DNA of 55,291 nt, the filler included, from Bipalium vagum (taxonomy: Eukaryota): the NCBI GenBank assembly GCA_037834085.1. It is 3 parts of 3 records of this genome, joined end to end, with 100 filler letters (N's around TTAATTAATTAA, not from the genome) between each part and the next. Parts side by side here need not be neighbours in the genome. Positions count along the whole stretch, not along the records: positions 1 to 16,920 come from JBBMKC010086498.1; 2 more parts are not named here. One strand, given 5' to 3'. The translations under genes and the position numbers were made by a program. The notes beneath the pieces are model-generated. The model had not been told where the DNA came from. It was given only the letters and a program-made list of their open reading frames with translations, and did no database searches. Shown piece by piece: positions 1 to 13,703 of this stretch (its first letter is position 1; every line of letters starts with the position of its first letter).

Positions 1-479
1 GCTTTACTGATTGTTTTGATTTGCACCACCTAAGATTTTGGAGTCAGGTTAAATTTGATACCCTAAATATTGAACACTAATAATTGACGATTGTTAATCA
101 ATAATAATCCAATAAGTTTTGAAACGAATAAACGTCATTTAACATGTTTGGATTATATCAAAGCCTGTAAATATTTTCGAAATGATCCTCAATAAAATTT
201 ATTTGAATTTCAAAAATTGTGCTGCTTCTATTTTAACGACTTAATGGAAGTTATGTGTGTCAATAAAGGTGTAATATTTTTTTCAAATTTCAAATTATTT
301 TAATAAAATAGTTTTTTATTTTTAATTTTTAAATTTTATTAGAAAGTGTTATAAGTTTTTATTAAATTTCTATAAATTTTTTATGTAAAAGTATGATTCC
401 AGCTTTTTTTTAATAAAGAAAATTTCTTTCCAAGTTTTATTTAGAAACATTTAGTCAAAATATTTTGTATTAACTACTT

Positions 480-900
480 AGAACTTGGCTCATTTTTCAG
501 GTAATCAATAGACTACGTGAAAGTAAGTATAAGACTTCTCAGTTTGCCTGTTCTAATTAAACTTTTGAACAACTGAATGAGAATATGTAGTCTAGGGTTA
601 TCATGTTGCAAAATTATCTGTTTATGCTTCTGCTTATTCTAATATTTTCTCGGTCAGAGGTCACTTCAAGCGGATGAATTGGCATCGATAATGTTCATCA
701 ATTATAGTTCCGATTTTCTAGTACGTCAAAATAAATGACATATTTTTCATCCCACCAGATACAGATCCTAACTTTAGACTCATTGACTTTCTATTTCATC
801 GTTGATGTAATGGGTTCACCAGATTCGTACAGTACCACTAGTACATGTGCTTGATAGAAAGGTCAGTGATACAAAGGTGTATATGAGAGATTCACTCATG
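480..900 (-). mobile_element. Decayed mariner transposase fragment
   Basis: Minus strand reads KVRICIWWDEKYVIYFDVL and, after a frameshift, QIILQHDNPRLH. Boundaries approximate. Confidence 0.75.
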
Positions 901-1620
901 TCAACTGATGTTATACATTAATTACGGGACGATAAGTTCATCAGTTGTGTTATATAAAAATATTTTACTATGAACGCTGTCGTAACACTTAGTTTGTAAC
1001 GTTTACTGATCCCTTCGCTTTTGTCAAAAAGTGTAAGCAAATGAATGAATCAAATCAACTACGAACAACAATTTATTAACAAAAGTAAAAATAACAAACA
1101 ATGTCTCAAATGATCAAATTGAATTTTCAATAAAATGTCAGCAATCACACAATCAAATGACTCTACAAAATAAAGAAAATAAAAATCAATGAATAATCGA
1201 ATACTATTAAATCAAAATGTTAATCAACTGTCTTAGTTAAAGATTAATTTAAAACAGAAAATTTAAAAACAAAGAATCATAATCCTCTCACCGATCTGTC
1301 GATGACAGGTCCAAAGAGTGATTTGCTGAGCCCAATCCGGCTCGCCCAGAAACCCCTCAACAACACAGGACCCATCGTAAGCTTCTGTTGCACAGAGGGC
1401 ATAAATGATTGTTTATTAGGTGCAGCTTTGTCCTTGATCGCAAATTTCTTCTGACACTTGATCCTCTTGAAGAATTTTATGGCCATCCACTGCGGATTCC
1501 AACACCTTAAATACTATTCTGGGCAGACGATCAATCAATTGTAGACCAGTTTTATCAATGGGGAATGTCAATTCCCTTGTTAGCTCTTTCATTCTAAATC
1601 TGCCCCTCTTTGCGGACCCT

Positions 1621-1665
1621 GATCTAATCTTGACAATTGAGGTTCGCCATTGTCAAGATTAGATC
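1621..1665. repeat. Perfect 17-bp inverted repeat (hairpin)
   Basis: gatctaatcttgacaat [tgaggttcgcc] attgtcaagattagatc. Confidence 0.9.
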
Positions 1666-4600
1666 CCTAAAAAAATTGCCTGTTTTTTTGTTTTAATTAA
1701 GTTTGTACTTTTTAATTAATAATAATAATTTTTATTATTTTAATTCTGACCCTTTGGCGGTCTTAATAATTAATTTTTACAAGGGTTAACAGTGATGTGT
1801 CCTTATATAACTCAACAATTGAAAAGAAAATGTTTTTCTTCGGCATATTTATTTTCATTCACACCTTTTACGTTCTTCCTAATAAGTACATCAATTTCAT
1901 GGTTAACATAATAATTCCTATTTAAACAAAGTATATATTCTGTGACCAGCCTGATTTTCACCGGCAAGTATTATCCAATGATTTTACAAGTTAGACTGAG
2001 ATACTCCTATTCATGTTTCCTTACACATGAATTAAACTTGTCATCTGAAGTGATTGAGTAGGCGTACCATACAATCACGATTCAGTCCCGACAAACCACT
2101 GGGGTATTTGAACTACCGCGTAAGTTTCTTTCATATCGACATATATCTCAATAAATGAAAACTGATATGAACTTTGCTGGAGAGAGGCGATAAAGCCACA
2201 CCAGGATGTGAGTTTGACATTCCCGGGAAATACTGATATGGTGGTACGATCATATTCGGAAAAATACCTTTTGAAGAGACCTCCCCCAATTATGAATTAT
2301 ATAACCTTCTTATAGTATCTATAACGAAATATGTTTAGAAAGAAGGACTGAATAAATGAATGGCGTCATTTTCCATTAATATGCTCACACCATAGTATAA
2401 AAATATTATTAATATATAAAAATAAACGAATAATAAATACGCTGATAATAATATTTCGATAATATCATCTAAGCTATGTGAGCAAGATATACCAAAATTG
2501 GGATTAGTTCTGCACGAATAGGTTTCATTACTGATATAATTAATCGATCAGCTTTCTCCTTAATTGAAAGATAAAGATTTCCACAATTATTCTGAATATT
2601 TCCTTTTCTTTTACTTGGAAAAATGATAGCGTTCCGGTGAAAATATCTTATCGATAATTAATAACCTTTCAACGAATCCAAATGTCACCAAACATCAATA
2701 AGAAATGATGTACGGAGAACTTCTCATACTTGAGATCTTTGACGGTCCCTTTACATCCCCCCTCCTCAAGTCTTGTGATATTCAATCTTTTCTTTGTTTC
2801 ATTTTAGAAAGGAGAGAAAGACCCGCTGTTATACTAAACTATCATACAGTATCTTATTTTGTTTTAATCAATCAATAATGTCTGGGTAAAAATAAAAATA
2901 ATTTTCATTCAATTTACATTTTTTCTATTTTTTTTTACCAAATTTTCTTTATAACTGCCAATTATCTATAATATTTTTTAATTAAGTAATTTTTAATATC
3001 TCATTTATATTTTGTGTAAAATACTTTTTATACTATGGAATATATTTTATATATAATCACTGAATAATAATAAAGTATTATACAATCAAACTGTCATTAG
3101 CTCTTGTTTGAACAATAGGTAATTTGAAAGCCTAACCTCAACATGAAAATTTCATAATTGTGCAGGAAAACGCTTGTTATCATGTATTCAAATTTAGCAA
3201 TTTTCTTGGTGACAGAATGCAGTCAATCCTATCCCACAATCACCTTACTTTTCTGACATGAAACTGAGACATCACTTCATATCACGAAATTTTAAGCCAA
3301 ATAGAATAATGAAAGCATTTAAGTCTGTGTACGAAATAAAAAATGTTTCTAAAGTAAATCTTTGGAGAGTAGAAAACATGTCAAAGAAAATCTGAACAGC
3401 ATTATTTTGTGTCATTAAAAATATGAGGTGAATATCAGTCATAATATGTTGAACAATTTCTGTAACAATACTTTTTTTAAAAACGTTGTTTTTTGAGTTC
3501 CTTATATTAATTATAAATTAACTTGGAAATCCAGCTATCATACAAATTCCTTTTATAAAAGACTCCACATCACAAAAAAGATTTAATCCCAGTATTAATA
3601 TGCACATTTTCAACATTCAAGTCATTTTGGTAAGTTGGAAAGCTATATATATATATATATATATGTTGAGAAAAGGATAAAAGAATGGAAAACTTTAGTT
3701 TTATTTACAATAAATTAAACCAATGATACAATGTTTTCGTAAACCACAACTGATTTCGGACACTTCCATTAAGTCATTCACCAGTGAACCACAAACAGTG
3801 TTAAATTCTTTAAACAAGTACTATAGAGTGGCTTTATTATAAAAAGTTAAACTAAGTTGATCGATGCACTGTCATTGAGATAATTCTGGCACGGAAATTA
3901 TTGCAGGTCAATTTCATTTGCAAACTGAGAAAATTTGATATAAATAATCATGCGACTGTTCAAACTTGTTAATGTATATAAACAAAGTGAACTTTTATCA
4001 TGAGAAAGTCAGATTACACCTAGATAATATAGTATTGACAGTTGTCGATGAATATCGAGCAACTGACGTATAATTGAGTACATTAAATGGAACTGTCATT
4101 TAAACAAATATTATTTTTTTATTGTAAATAAGAAACTTTAGAAAAGGGAAATAAACTAAAGCAAAAAATATCCACAATAAAGGGAAATCTGTACAGAAAT
4201 ATGATTATTAAATGGCTGTCACTGTGATAAATTAAATAACAAAAGACAATAGAAATAACTTTGTTTAAATAAACTGATTAAAAACCACCATCACCCATTA
4301 TTCTCATCCTGATATCCATTGAACATTGTGTCAATCATATAAATATTGATTATTACAACTATAATAGATTAAGAGAAATATTGAATATATAAATAAAATA
4401 GTGTTAAGAATGAAAGTTGGCTTTTTCATCAGCTGTTATTATTTCCGGTCTAAATATAAAATATGAAAATTGGGTATCGTGATGGAATGAGGTATGGAAA
4501 CGAGAATGATGATTTATGTCAAATAGTTTTCGTTGGAATTTCATTAAAGGCAAAAGATTATCAAATGTCTTTTATTTCATTTTCCGCATCTAAAATATTT

Positions 4601-4981
4601 TGAACAGTTATATTTTATATTTTTATTATCTTATTAATAAGATTAGGATGGGTAACTATTTATGTTTCATTATGTCAAAAGGTCGAGAAATGAAAAAAGG
4701 ATCAAGAATTATTATTAGTGTCTTTTAATAATTTTCTTTTTTGGGACCTTTTTCAATTTATTTTTCTCTGTTTTTAAATAGTTGTAATAGTTAAAATTTT
4801 ATTTTGAAAAAATCAATATTGTCAAACACCCTCTTATTTACTGACATGGTGAAATTAATTTTAACGATTTTTAATGATTTTCTTAAAAAAATGATTTGTA
4901 AACTATTTTTTGGAAATAACAAAAATCGATTTTTCGTACGAAACTGTTTTGAAAATTGATTGATTTTCCTTTTATTATAAG

Positions 4982-5188
4982 ATGATGATTTGTGCGAAGA
5001 CAATGAGAATAGTGACTTTGAAAGCAGTTTTGGCTTTGGAAACCTGAAGTTGTCGAAAATGAAGGACAGTCTTTCTCATTTGCTTCCAGAATTGCAAAAC
5101 GTTTCCATGATACAATCTTCACATTCGGAATCTTCGAATGCAGAAATTGAAATTCAGTTGGAAGGTAATGCTCATTTTATTATTATTA

Positions 5189-5220
<32 letters not shown>

Positions 5221-6239
5221 TTACTACTAAAATGTGATAATATATAATTTTTACTTATTTATTTTTTACAATTATTTTACTGTTATTATTATAAGAATAA
5301 TGTTTATTAATTTTCATCAATAATTTTTGTTTAGAAAAGATTCTCTACGAAACCAATCATCTCAGAGTCGGTGATATTCTGAGCACAAAATGCGATGAGG
5401 ATTTGGAAAACTTTAAAAACGATTCCAATAAAACAGGTTTGATTCATAAAATAAATTGTACTTTAACTTTTATTTATCCATTTATCTCTCATTTGAAATC
5501 AAATTCAAGCATTATCGATTTTTCTTTTTGCACTGACTAAAGTTCATTTCTCTGTAGAGAGAAGATTAGGAGCGAGAAGAGAGGGGGCGAGGGAGAGTTT
5601 TTAAGTGTTTATTTTAGATGAGTTTTAGAAAATTTTGGAAACATTTTCAGAAAATTGTTTTGAAAAACCAGCGAAAATAATTTTATTATTAAACAATTAA
5701 AAAGTTTGATTAATTTAAATTTAATTATTTTGTAAGTATTAATTGGTTTTTGATTAATTATTTTAAAAAGAAAAGAAAATATCACGAATAACATTTTCAA
5801 ATTTTTTAAAAAATTAAAATAAAATAATAGAAACTAAAAATAATATCAAAAACTGAAATTCATTATATATTAAATTAAATATAAATTAAAAATTCTAAAA
5901 TTATTATTGAGAGGTTTTTCAACATCCGCCGTATTCCCCAGACCTTGTACCAAACCGGTTTCTATCTTTCCTACTCGATGTGTAACCAAATGTTTAAAAA
6001 GTGGTTGACTAATTTCTTTCTGATTAGATATAGTGAGTTCTGGAAAAAAGGTTTCGACAAACTGGTTGAAAGATATGAAAAAGTCCTAAATAATAACAGA
6101 AAATATATTGTAAGATTTTACATTATTATTTGTAAATAAAATGCTTTATTCATTATAAATATATATTGAAAATGACAATAAAAATTGTTACAGTCTAATA
6201 ATTTACATTTTCATTATGAAATAAATTTAAATTATATTT

Positions 6240-6287
<48 letters not shown>

Positions 6288-9200
6288 TATTATTAATAAT
6301 AATATTATTATTAATTTTATATAATCTGAATAAATTATAGGAAATAAAATTTAATCCGGTTTTTTAAAGATTAAATTTTATTTCAAATTAAATGTTAAGA
6401 AATTTATTATATATAAAATAAAGAGCAAATTAATTATTTTTTTAAAATTGAAAAAGATACGATTATTAAGAATATATTTCTTATTTCTTGATAAAATTAT
6501 TAAAAGAAATATAATGTTCTTTTATTTTTTTTGTAATTTTAAAATTTCCGGAAATTATTTCATTTATTTGATTTTATATTTTTTTAATATAATAATTAAA
6601 TAATTTTATTAATTAAAATATTTTGAGTTTAACATTTAAATTCAATTTTACTAAAAAAGTTTTCTTGAAAAAAATCATTCTAACTAAAGTAATTCAAATA
6701 TAAATAAATAAATAAAGGACGTAAACAAAAATCAATGTGAGTTAATAGGATTTCTGGCTAATCCTAGTTAATAGATTTAGGATTTCGATTTATAAAATTC
6801 GACTCTATTGATTGAGTATTATTTAAGGAAATTATTAAGTAAAAGACATTTAGAATTACTTCTCAAAGTCAAAGAACTAATCATTATTTAAATTACAATG
6901 ATAATTATTTCTGTTTCGATTAAATTGTTAATTATTTCTGAAAATATATTTAGCTAAAATAATACATAAAAAAATATTATTGGTTAACATCATTTTTGTC
7001 CAATGAAAATGTAATCGTATTCTTTTTTTTAGCTACATTATTTCATGGATAAAATCTGAACTCTTAGTAAAAAACATGATTGACAATGGTTAGTTGAAAA
7101 ATCAATAATAAAAGAAAACACGAAAGATCTAACGGGTTAATAATTTAATACCAATATTTAATTTTATTGATTTCTTATAGATTACTTTAAAGTTATAAGT
7201 ATTAATTTTATCCAATACTTGAAATATTTAGTAAATATTAGGTTGTATCAAAATTTTCCGTGATTTTGATAGTTAAATTTCTTTTATAAAAATGAATATT
7301 TTTAATAAAAATTCTTAAAAATTTGTTATCATTGATATCTTACGATCAAACTCTATTTATAAGTTTTGTTTAAATAAATATATCAATGAATTTTTTTGAA
7401 TTTATAATTATAGTCAAATGAACACAGAAAAAATTGCAATTTCAGGTTTGATCTATCATTACTTACTATTGCTGCCACCAAAATGACAATTTGTGATATT
7501 GAAGGTGTTATTGTCTTTAACACAGATTGGTTCAAAAGTTTCAAAACAGAGATATTAGTCTCGAAGTTAATATTGAATAATATATTAAATTCAACTTTTA
7601 AGTCGATTAAAATATTTAATTAGTAATTTAATTATTTTTAAAAATTATTTTAACTAAAATAGTTTTGTATCATTTTTTTGAATATTAGATGAATAAAATA
7701 AAAGATTAATCAATCATAGTTTTAAAAGAAAAACCTAAAGGCGTGAAATTATATTAATATAATTATTATAATAGTACATTTAAACGTAGAAGTAAAGAAA
7801 GCCCGCAACACTGAATATTATGTAAGAAATTAAGAAACAAAGACTTAAAAATATAAAAAGAACACGAAAGATTTCTTCAAAAATTGGAAATTTAAGGATT
7901 TTTAAAAGGAATTTTATTAAAACAATGAATGGGAAATGTACATGCATGGAATATTTGCGAGAGGTGTAATATTAAGAGGAAATCAAAACTATGGTAACGG
8001 TAGTAAAAATATAAGACAAGTATAAGGAGCTATGGTTATGTTATTGATTGATGTGTCTGCGCTTTAAATTTAATATTAAAATATTGATTTAATTAAATTT
8101 TTTAGTTGATAATTTTCTTTTCTAAATTATTTTTCTGTTAATTATTTACCATTACTATGTTAGAAAAAGCCGTATTGATTTTTAGATTTTTTTTACCAAT
8201 AATAGTGAAAAATGTTAAGTATTTATAATTATTTTTCATACGTATTTTTCTTTAATTTTCTTTTCTTAAAAATTATTTTTTTCCTATTTATTTTTCTTTT
8301 AACAATGTTATAAATCCTGATTGATTTTGTAATTTAATTAAAATTATTTGTTATAATAATAATAGAGAAAAAATATTTTCTTTAAAATAATTTTATTTGT
8401 TTTCTAAGGCTTTCATTAGTGCACAATATTTCAAAAACATTGATTTTTGATTAGTTTTTACCACGTGAACTGTCAGAAACGAGCGGACTGTCCATTTTTG
8501 AACTGTCCTGGTTTGATAATTTTATTTTTCTGAAACATCATGGACTTTCAGTCCGGCTTCGAGCATGTCACATAATCGGCGTTTGTCAAACATCGATAGT
8601 TGTGCCACTGATAAGACATGTGAAGGCTGATAACATAATTTTGGAAAATTACTTACTGTTTATGCGCGCTTAAATTTATATTACTAAAACAAGTGAATAT
8701 TAAATAACAGATATTTTTTTACAAAAACAATTAAAATATTTACTTATTAGTAATTTCTTGTTTTTCGTTTTTAAACTTGCAGTACTTTTTTTTGTGGAAG
8801 AGTATATATATAATTCGGTGTCTCGGAAAAACTTATTGGTCAGTTTCAACTCAAAATTAAATAACGACAATTATTGGTTCGATAATCAATTATTTAAAAA
8901 TATATTTTCTAATAATATTGAAAATTATTATTTTTAAATAAATGATTTTATAAATAAATCTCATATTATTTTAATATAATAAGTCTACGTTTCAATTAAT
9001 TTTTCAAGTATGAAATTTAATAGTGAATTTTATTTCATCTAAAATGATGAAAACCTAAAAAATTATAAGGATTAAAAAAATTTTTCAAAAAATAATTAAA
9101 TAAAACATAATTTTAAAAACGGAGAAAATTATCAGTACAATTAAAATTTACCGAAGAACTTAGGGACTTATTTGCCGGAGATTAGGGAGAAACCGAAATA

Positions 9201-11973
9201 TTCACACCAGTCCCAATGATTTATTATAAAAAGGAAAAGATATTTTTCCCTATACCAACAACTCAAAGAAAAATTTCATATTCTCTTTAATAATGACAAA
9301 GTTTCGCTAAATTATAAGAAAAAAAACTTTTTCCTTTGAAATTTTTCAACGTAAATTTTAATTTTTCAAATCGCTGTGTAAATATTAAAAATATTAACAT
9401 TTTTTTATTGTCAACATTATCAATAAATAAAATTCTAACTCGTTAAAACAACAACTGTCGTTGTTTAAATTATCACTATTAAACTCCAAAAATTTATCCT
9501 GAAAATTATGTAAATTTAAAGTAATATTTAAAATATAATAAATAAAATAATAATAATTATTAGTTTATTATAACTAATATATTATTAATTAATTATAACT
9601 AATATTATGATAAATATTAGAGCTATAATTAAATATGTATAATAATAATAAATATAATAATAGTTATTATAATCATTAATATTTAACTATTTGTAATTCA
9701 TAATTCTATTTTTCAATAATTTACTTAATAAAATCTGAACATTTAAACAAATTTTGTCAAACCATGGGAATTCAATTTATAATTATAAATTAAAAAAAAT
9801 AATATTATTAAATTCTGTTATTTGTGTTATTAATTTTTATAGAACATTAGATTATATTATCTGTTTATGTTTATTAGATTATATATATATATAATATATA
9901 GATTATTATATATATATATAATGAGGTACTTAGTTAAATTTTTATTAGTAATTATTTTATATATTATACTATAAATATTATATTTTGTAATATTAATGTG
10001 CCATTCCATCATAAATATATTCCTTTTCAATAAAAACGCACCACTAAAAAATTAACTAAACATATAAGATAATCTAATATATATTTGATCAAATTGCATG
10101 AAATAAATAAATGTATATGAAAAACACGTATAGATGTCAGTAGCAAGTCATTTCAGCGTGCCTCATGTTACAATCTTGGATTTTTTGTGGCATACTATTA
10201 TGGGTTTTCAATGTTTTTAGTAAAATACGCTCCATTATCTGTTATTAATTCATCCAATGTTTTAGAAGTACCAAGAGAAGACCGTAGCTGATAATCCATA
10301 ATATCAAACACATGTTCACTAGGAGATAAATCTCGTGAATATACTGGGCAATTTATTGTTTCCACTTCTGATTCTTGCAAAACTTTTTTGTTTTACCGAA
10401 TGTATGTATCTTGCAATGTCATGTTAAAAACTACTGCCTAAAAGTATGTATTATTAATAGAAATAACATGGGTCTGAGAATTTCATTGGTATATTGAAGA
10501 ACACTCAAATTACGTCTCATAAGTCCAAGGGGTGACCAGAATCCAAAACATATGTTATCTTATACCATAATGTAAGATGTCACTCCTTGAGACTAGATAA
10601 CATCAAGCCAACATTCTGTCGTTCAGCACAATAACGTCTCAACCTGAAACGTCTATCACTTTCTATAAACAGAATAATAATTCATCACTAAAGATGATGC
10701 AATTTCATTCGTCACTTCAAATCTAGGTTTTTGTGGCTTTATGATGAGATGTCAATAATAAACATCGTTTTCAACGGCATGGCCGCAGATCAATACTACT
10801 TAATCTTTGATATATAATGATGGGGGACACCTTTTTTCTGAGGTTCATTTTCCAGTTTATGTCAATTTTTGTGGCCGCCCTAAATCTGTTTTTAAAAGTT
10901 AGAATAGAAAGTCGTTGGTGCCTCGATATTGTCCACTGCCATTGCAGTGATGCCAGAAGTCTTTATTACAACACATATTCTATTTCTTCCAAAACGTATA
11001 GCGATTTCTTTGTCACTTATTTAATTTTCATGAAGTTCTATTAATCCATCTCTTTCAAAGTCTGATGGTTATATGAAATATAGTTTTTCTTATTTCAGTC
11101 ACATTGCTAAATGTAATATGAGTACTTCTTAACATCCACAAATAATTTACTTACCTATTTAAATGATACAAAAATGTGGATATCTGATTATTTTAGATTG
11201 CTAAAACAATAGATTCAATATTTCCGTCACAACTCATTAAAATTATAAGTAGTGCGTTTTTATTGAACATGAGTATATAAATAGAATTTAAATATTAAAA
11301 ATTCCCGAAGTTTAATTACACTTCGTATAGTAATTATAATTATAATAATTTTAAAAAATAAATTCAAAATTAGGTAATATTTTAAAAATATTATTTTTAT
11401 TTTATTATAATTATTTTGATTTTAACGAAGTGTAGAGAAACGACAAATAATGCTTTTTAAATAATGAAAATAAAATTGATTTTATCATCGTTCTTCAAAT
11501 ATTTTTTTTCTTTTATATTATCAGAAAATTTTTAAATATGGAATTCCTTTGGTATTTTTAAACATTTTTTCAATAATGTTATTATTATTATTATTTATTA
11601 TATTATTATTAAAAAATGGCTAAAATATGTAATATTTGTTAATGGAATTTAATGAACATAAAATTTATAAAGTTAAAGTATAAAGGTTTGAAAATAATAA
11701 TAATAAGTAATAATAATATAAATAATAGTAATAAGATGAGAAAAATTTTATTTTAATGCAAAAAAATTTTCAAAAAATTTAATATATTAAAACACGTCTT
11801 TTATGTGTTCTATTTGATGAAATAATCATTTAAAAAATTAATAAAATTAAAAATTTTTCCGCATAAAAAAGGAATAAGAAAATATTAAAAAAATAAGAAA
11901 ATATATTATACTTTTTCATAATAAAATTATTTTTTAACAATATAAATCAACTAAAAATAATTTTCTCTTTCAT

Positions 11974-12009
<36 letters not shown>

Positions 12010-12685
12010 TTTTTAAAAAATATCTTAAGTTTCAACTTTTGAAATCATTTAAAGCTATTTGATGAAAAATATAAAATTAAAAATTTCAGAATTTTATATT
12101 TTTATCATATTAATTTTAAAAGATATTTTTAACAAATTATATTATTTCCTTTAATAATCAATAATTTAATTATTTTCTATGAAATGATGATTTACTTTTA
12201 TAAAAAATTATTGGATTTTCCCTCCGGGTTTATAGATTCAACTGAAGAGTCGGACGCTTCATCTGTTGAGAACATGGGTTCGCTTGCTCAAGAGTCCTCC
12301 AGTCTTCACAAATTACCACCTCCAATGCCAGTTATTTCAACGAATCTGCTAGCAACAAGGCCCAACAAGCTGAACACGAAAATCAAGCTGTTCTCATTTG
12401 AAAATTGCTCACAAGAGATGGATGAGAACAAGATTGACCAGAAAAGTGCCATTTCCAAATATTCCGCAGTCTCCCGGGCAAATTTGACATATATCCAATC
12501 TGGTCGATCTCCTCGCGATAGTGGCGTCAGTTCTCATTCCAGCAATACCGATCTTCTTACGTTCGACAATATTGACACGAACCGTATCCATACCAATACC
12601 TGCTTAAATAATCAAAGACCCCATTCGATTGTCAGTGGTGTCAACAATAATGTCAAAAATGTTCCTGTCAACCATCCATCTCAAA
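4982..12685 (+). CDS. Unidentified Ser/acidic-rich protein, internal exons 4982-5164, 5335-5436, 12236-12685 (partial)
   Basis: Three GC-elevated, stop-free segments, each bounded by AG...GT and all phase 1-1, so they splice in frame (DDLCEDNENSDFES...; KILYETNHLRVGD...; STEESDASSVE...SPRDSGVSSHSS...RPHSIVSG). No family recognised. Confidence 0.7.
5905..6200 (+). mobile_element. Mariner 3' fragment
   Basis: EVFQHPPYSPDL and FWKKGFDKLVERYEKVLNNNRKYI, typical of a mariner C-terminus. Confidence 0.75.
6244..6286 (+). repeat. (AAT)n microsatellite
   Basis: About 14 units; similar tracts at about 5180-5220, 11977-12006, 13652-13702 and 16900-16920. Confidence 0.9.
10020..11273 (-). mobile_element. 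Tc1-like element, full length but decayed (about 1254 bp)
   Basis: Imperfect TIRs ttccttttcaataaaaacgcaccact / agtagtgcgtttttattgaacatgag flanked by TA. Transposase remnants: WNCIIFSDE-like and CPVYSRDLSPSEHVFD (WPAxSPDLSPIEHVW). Confidence 0.85.
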
Positions 12686-12827
12686 GTATTTTACAGTTTA
12701 TTATAGACAATTTTATTTTTTTATTAAAAAAAATATGGTTTTTTTTAAAATAGTAATACGCCAAAAACTTTGATCCTATTATTTCAAACTGTAAAGGAAA
12801 ATACAAAAACATAAATATTATTTTATT

Positions 12828-13635
12828 AATTGTACAAGCGTGAATTCACCTAATAATTGAAATCGTTAATAATAAAGTTTTTTTTATTTTTCGGAACAAT
12901 TTATGAATTCCATCATGGAAAAATTGCTCATCTAAAGGTCTGTACAAGTTTTGTAATATCAAACCGGACTTTGTCATGTAACAATATCACTTTTATATGC
13001 CTGAAAACATGTTTTGGTCCTTTTCTTCCAGTGATTTCCAGTAACTGTTTCTGAAACTTTCAGTAGTTCATAATTTAGATTAACTTTTTGAAACGCAATA
13101 CAATTTTCTCATAAAAATTGCAACTGAATTTGAATATCTTTCACGTTTCAGATTTCATAAAATTTTAATTTTCATTATTAATGATTATACAATGTATTTT
13201 TAACTTTAACTTTTTCATTTTCTTTTTTAGATTTTTATTCTATTTTAAAAATATTTTTCGTATTATTCACTACTTGTTTCTTATTATAACAAATAATTTC
13301 TTTCTTTCTGAATCTTTTTCTCAGAATGTAATCGGTTTGAGTTATTGAGTTCTTTTCTTAAAGAAATCAATTGTCCTTGAGTTTCATAACACCTAATCCT
13401 CATCTACAAATGTTTTAGTTTTCTATAACTATTGAACTTCAGATTAAAATCTCCTGTTTTCAATCGTTGAAACCAATTTTAGTTAGTAAGTTCTTTTAGC
13501 TGAAGCTTGGTTGACATACACCTTTACAAGTAATTTATATTGACATTTTTTTAAAACTGAACATAAAAATTCTTCAAAAAAGATTCTTACAAACGTATTT
13601 TTGAAAAAATTATTACATGTAAGTACTTGTACATA
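12828..13635 (-). mobile_element. Decayed, internally deleted mariner element
   Basis: NWFQRLKTGDFNL, ETVTG and HIKVILLHDK on the minus strand; TGTACAAG core in inverted orientation at both ends. Boundaries approximate. Confidence 0.65.
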
Positions 13636-13638
13636 TAA

Positions 13639-13703
<65 letters not shown>

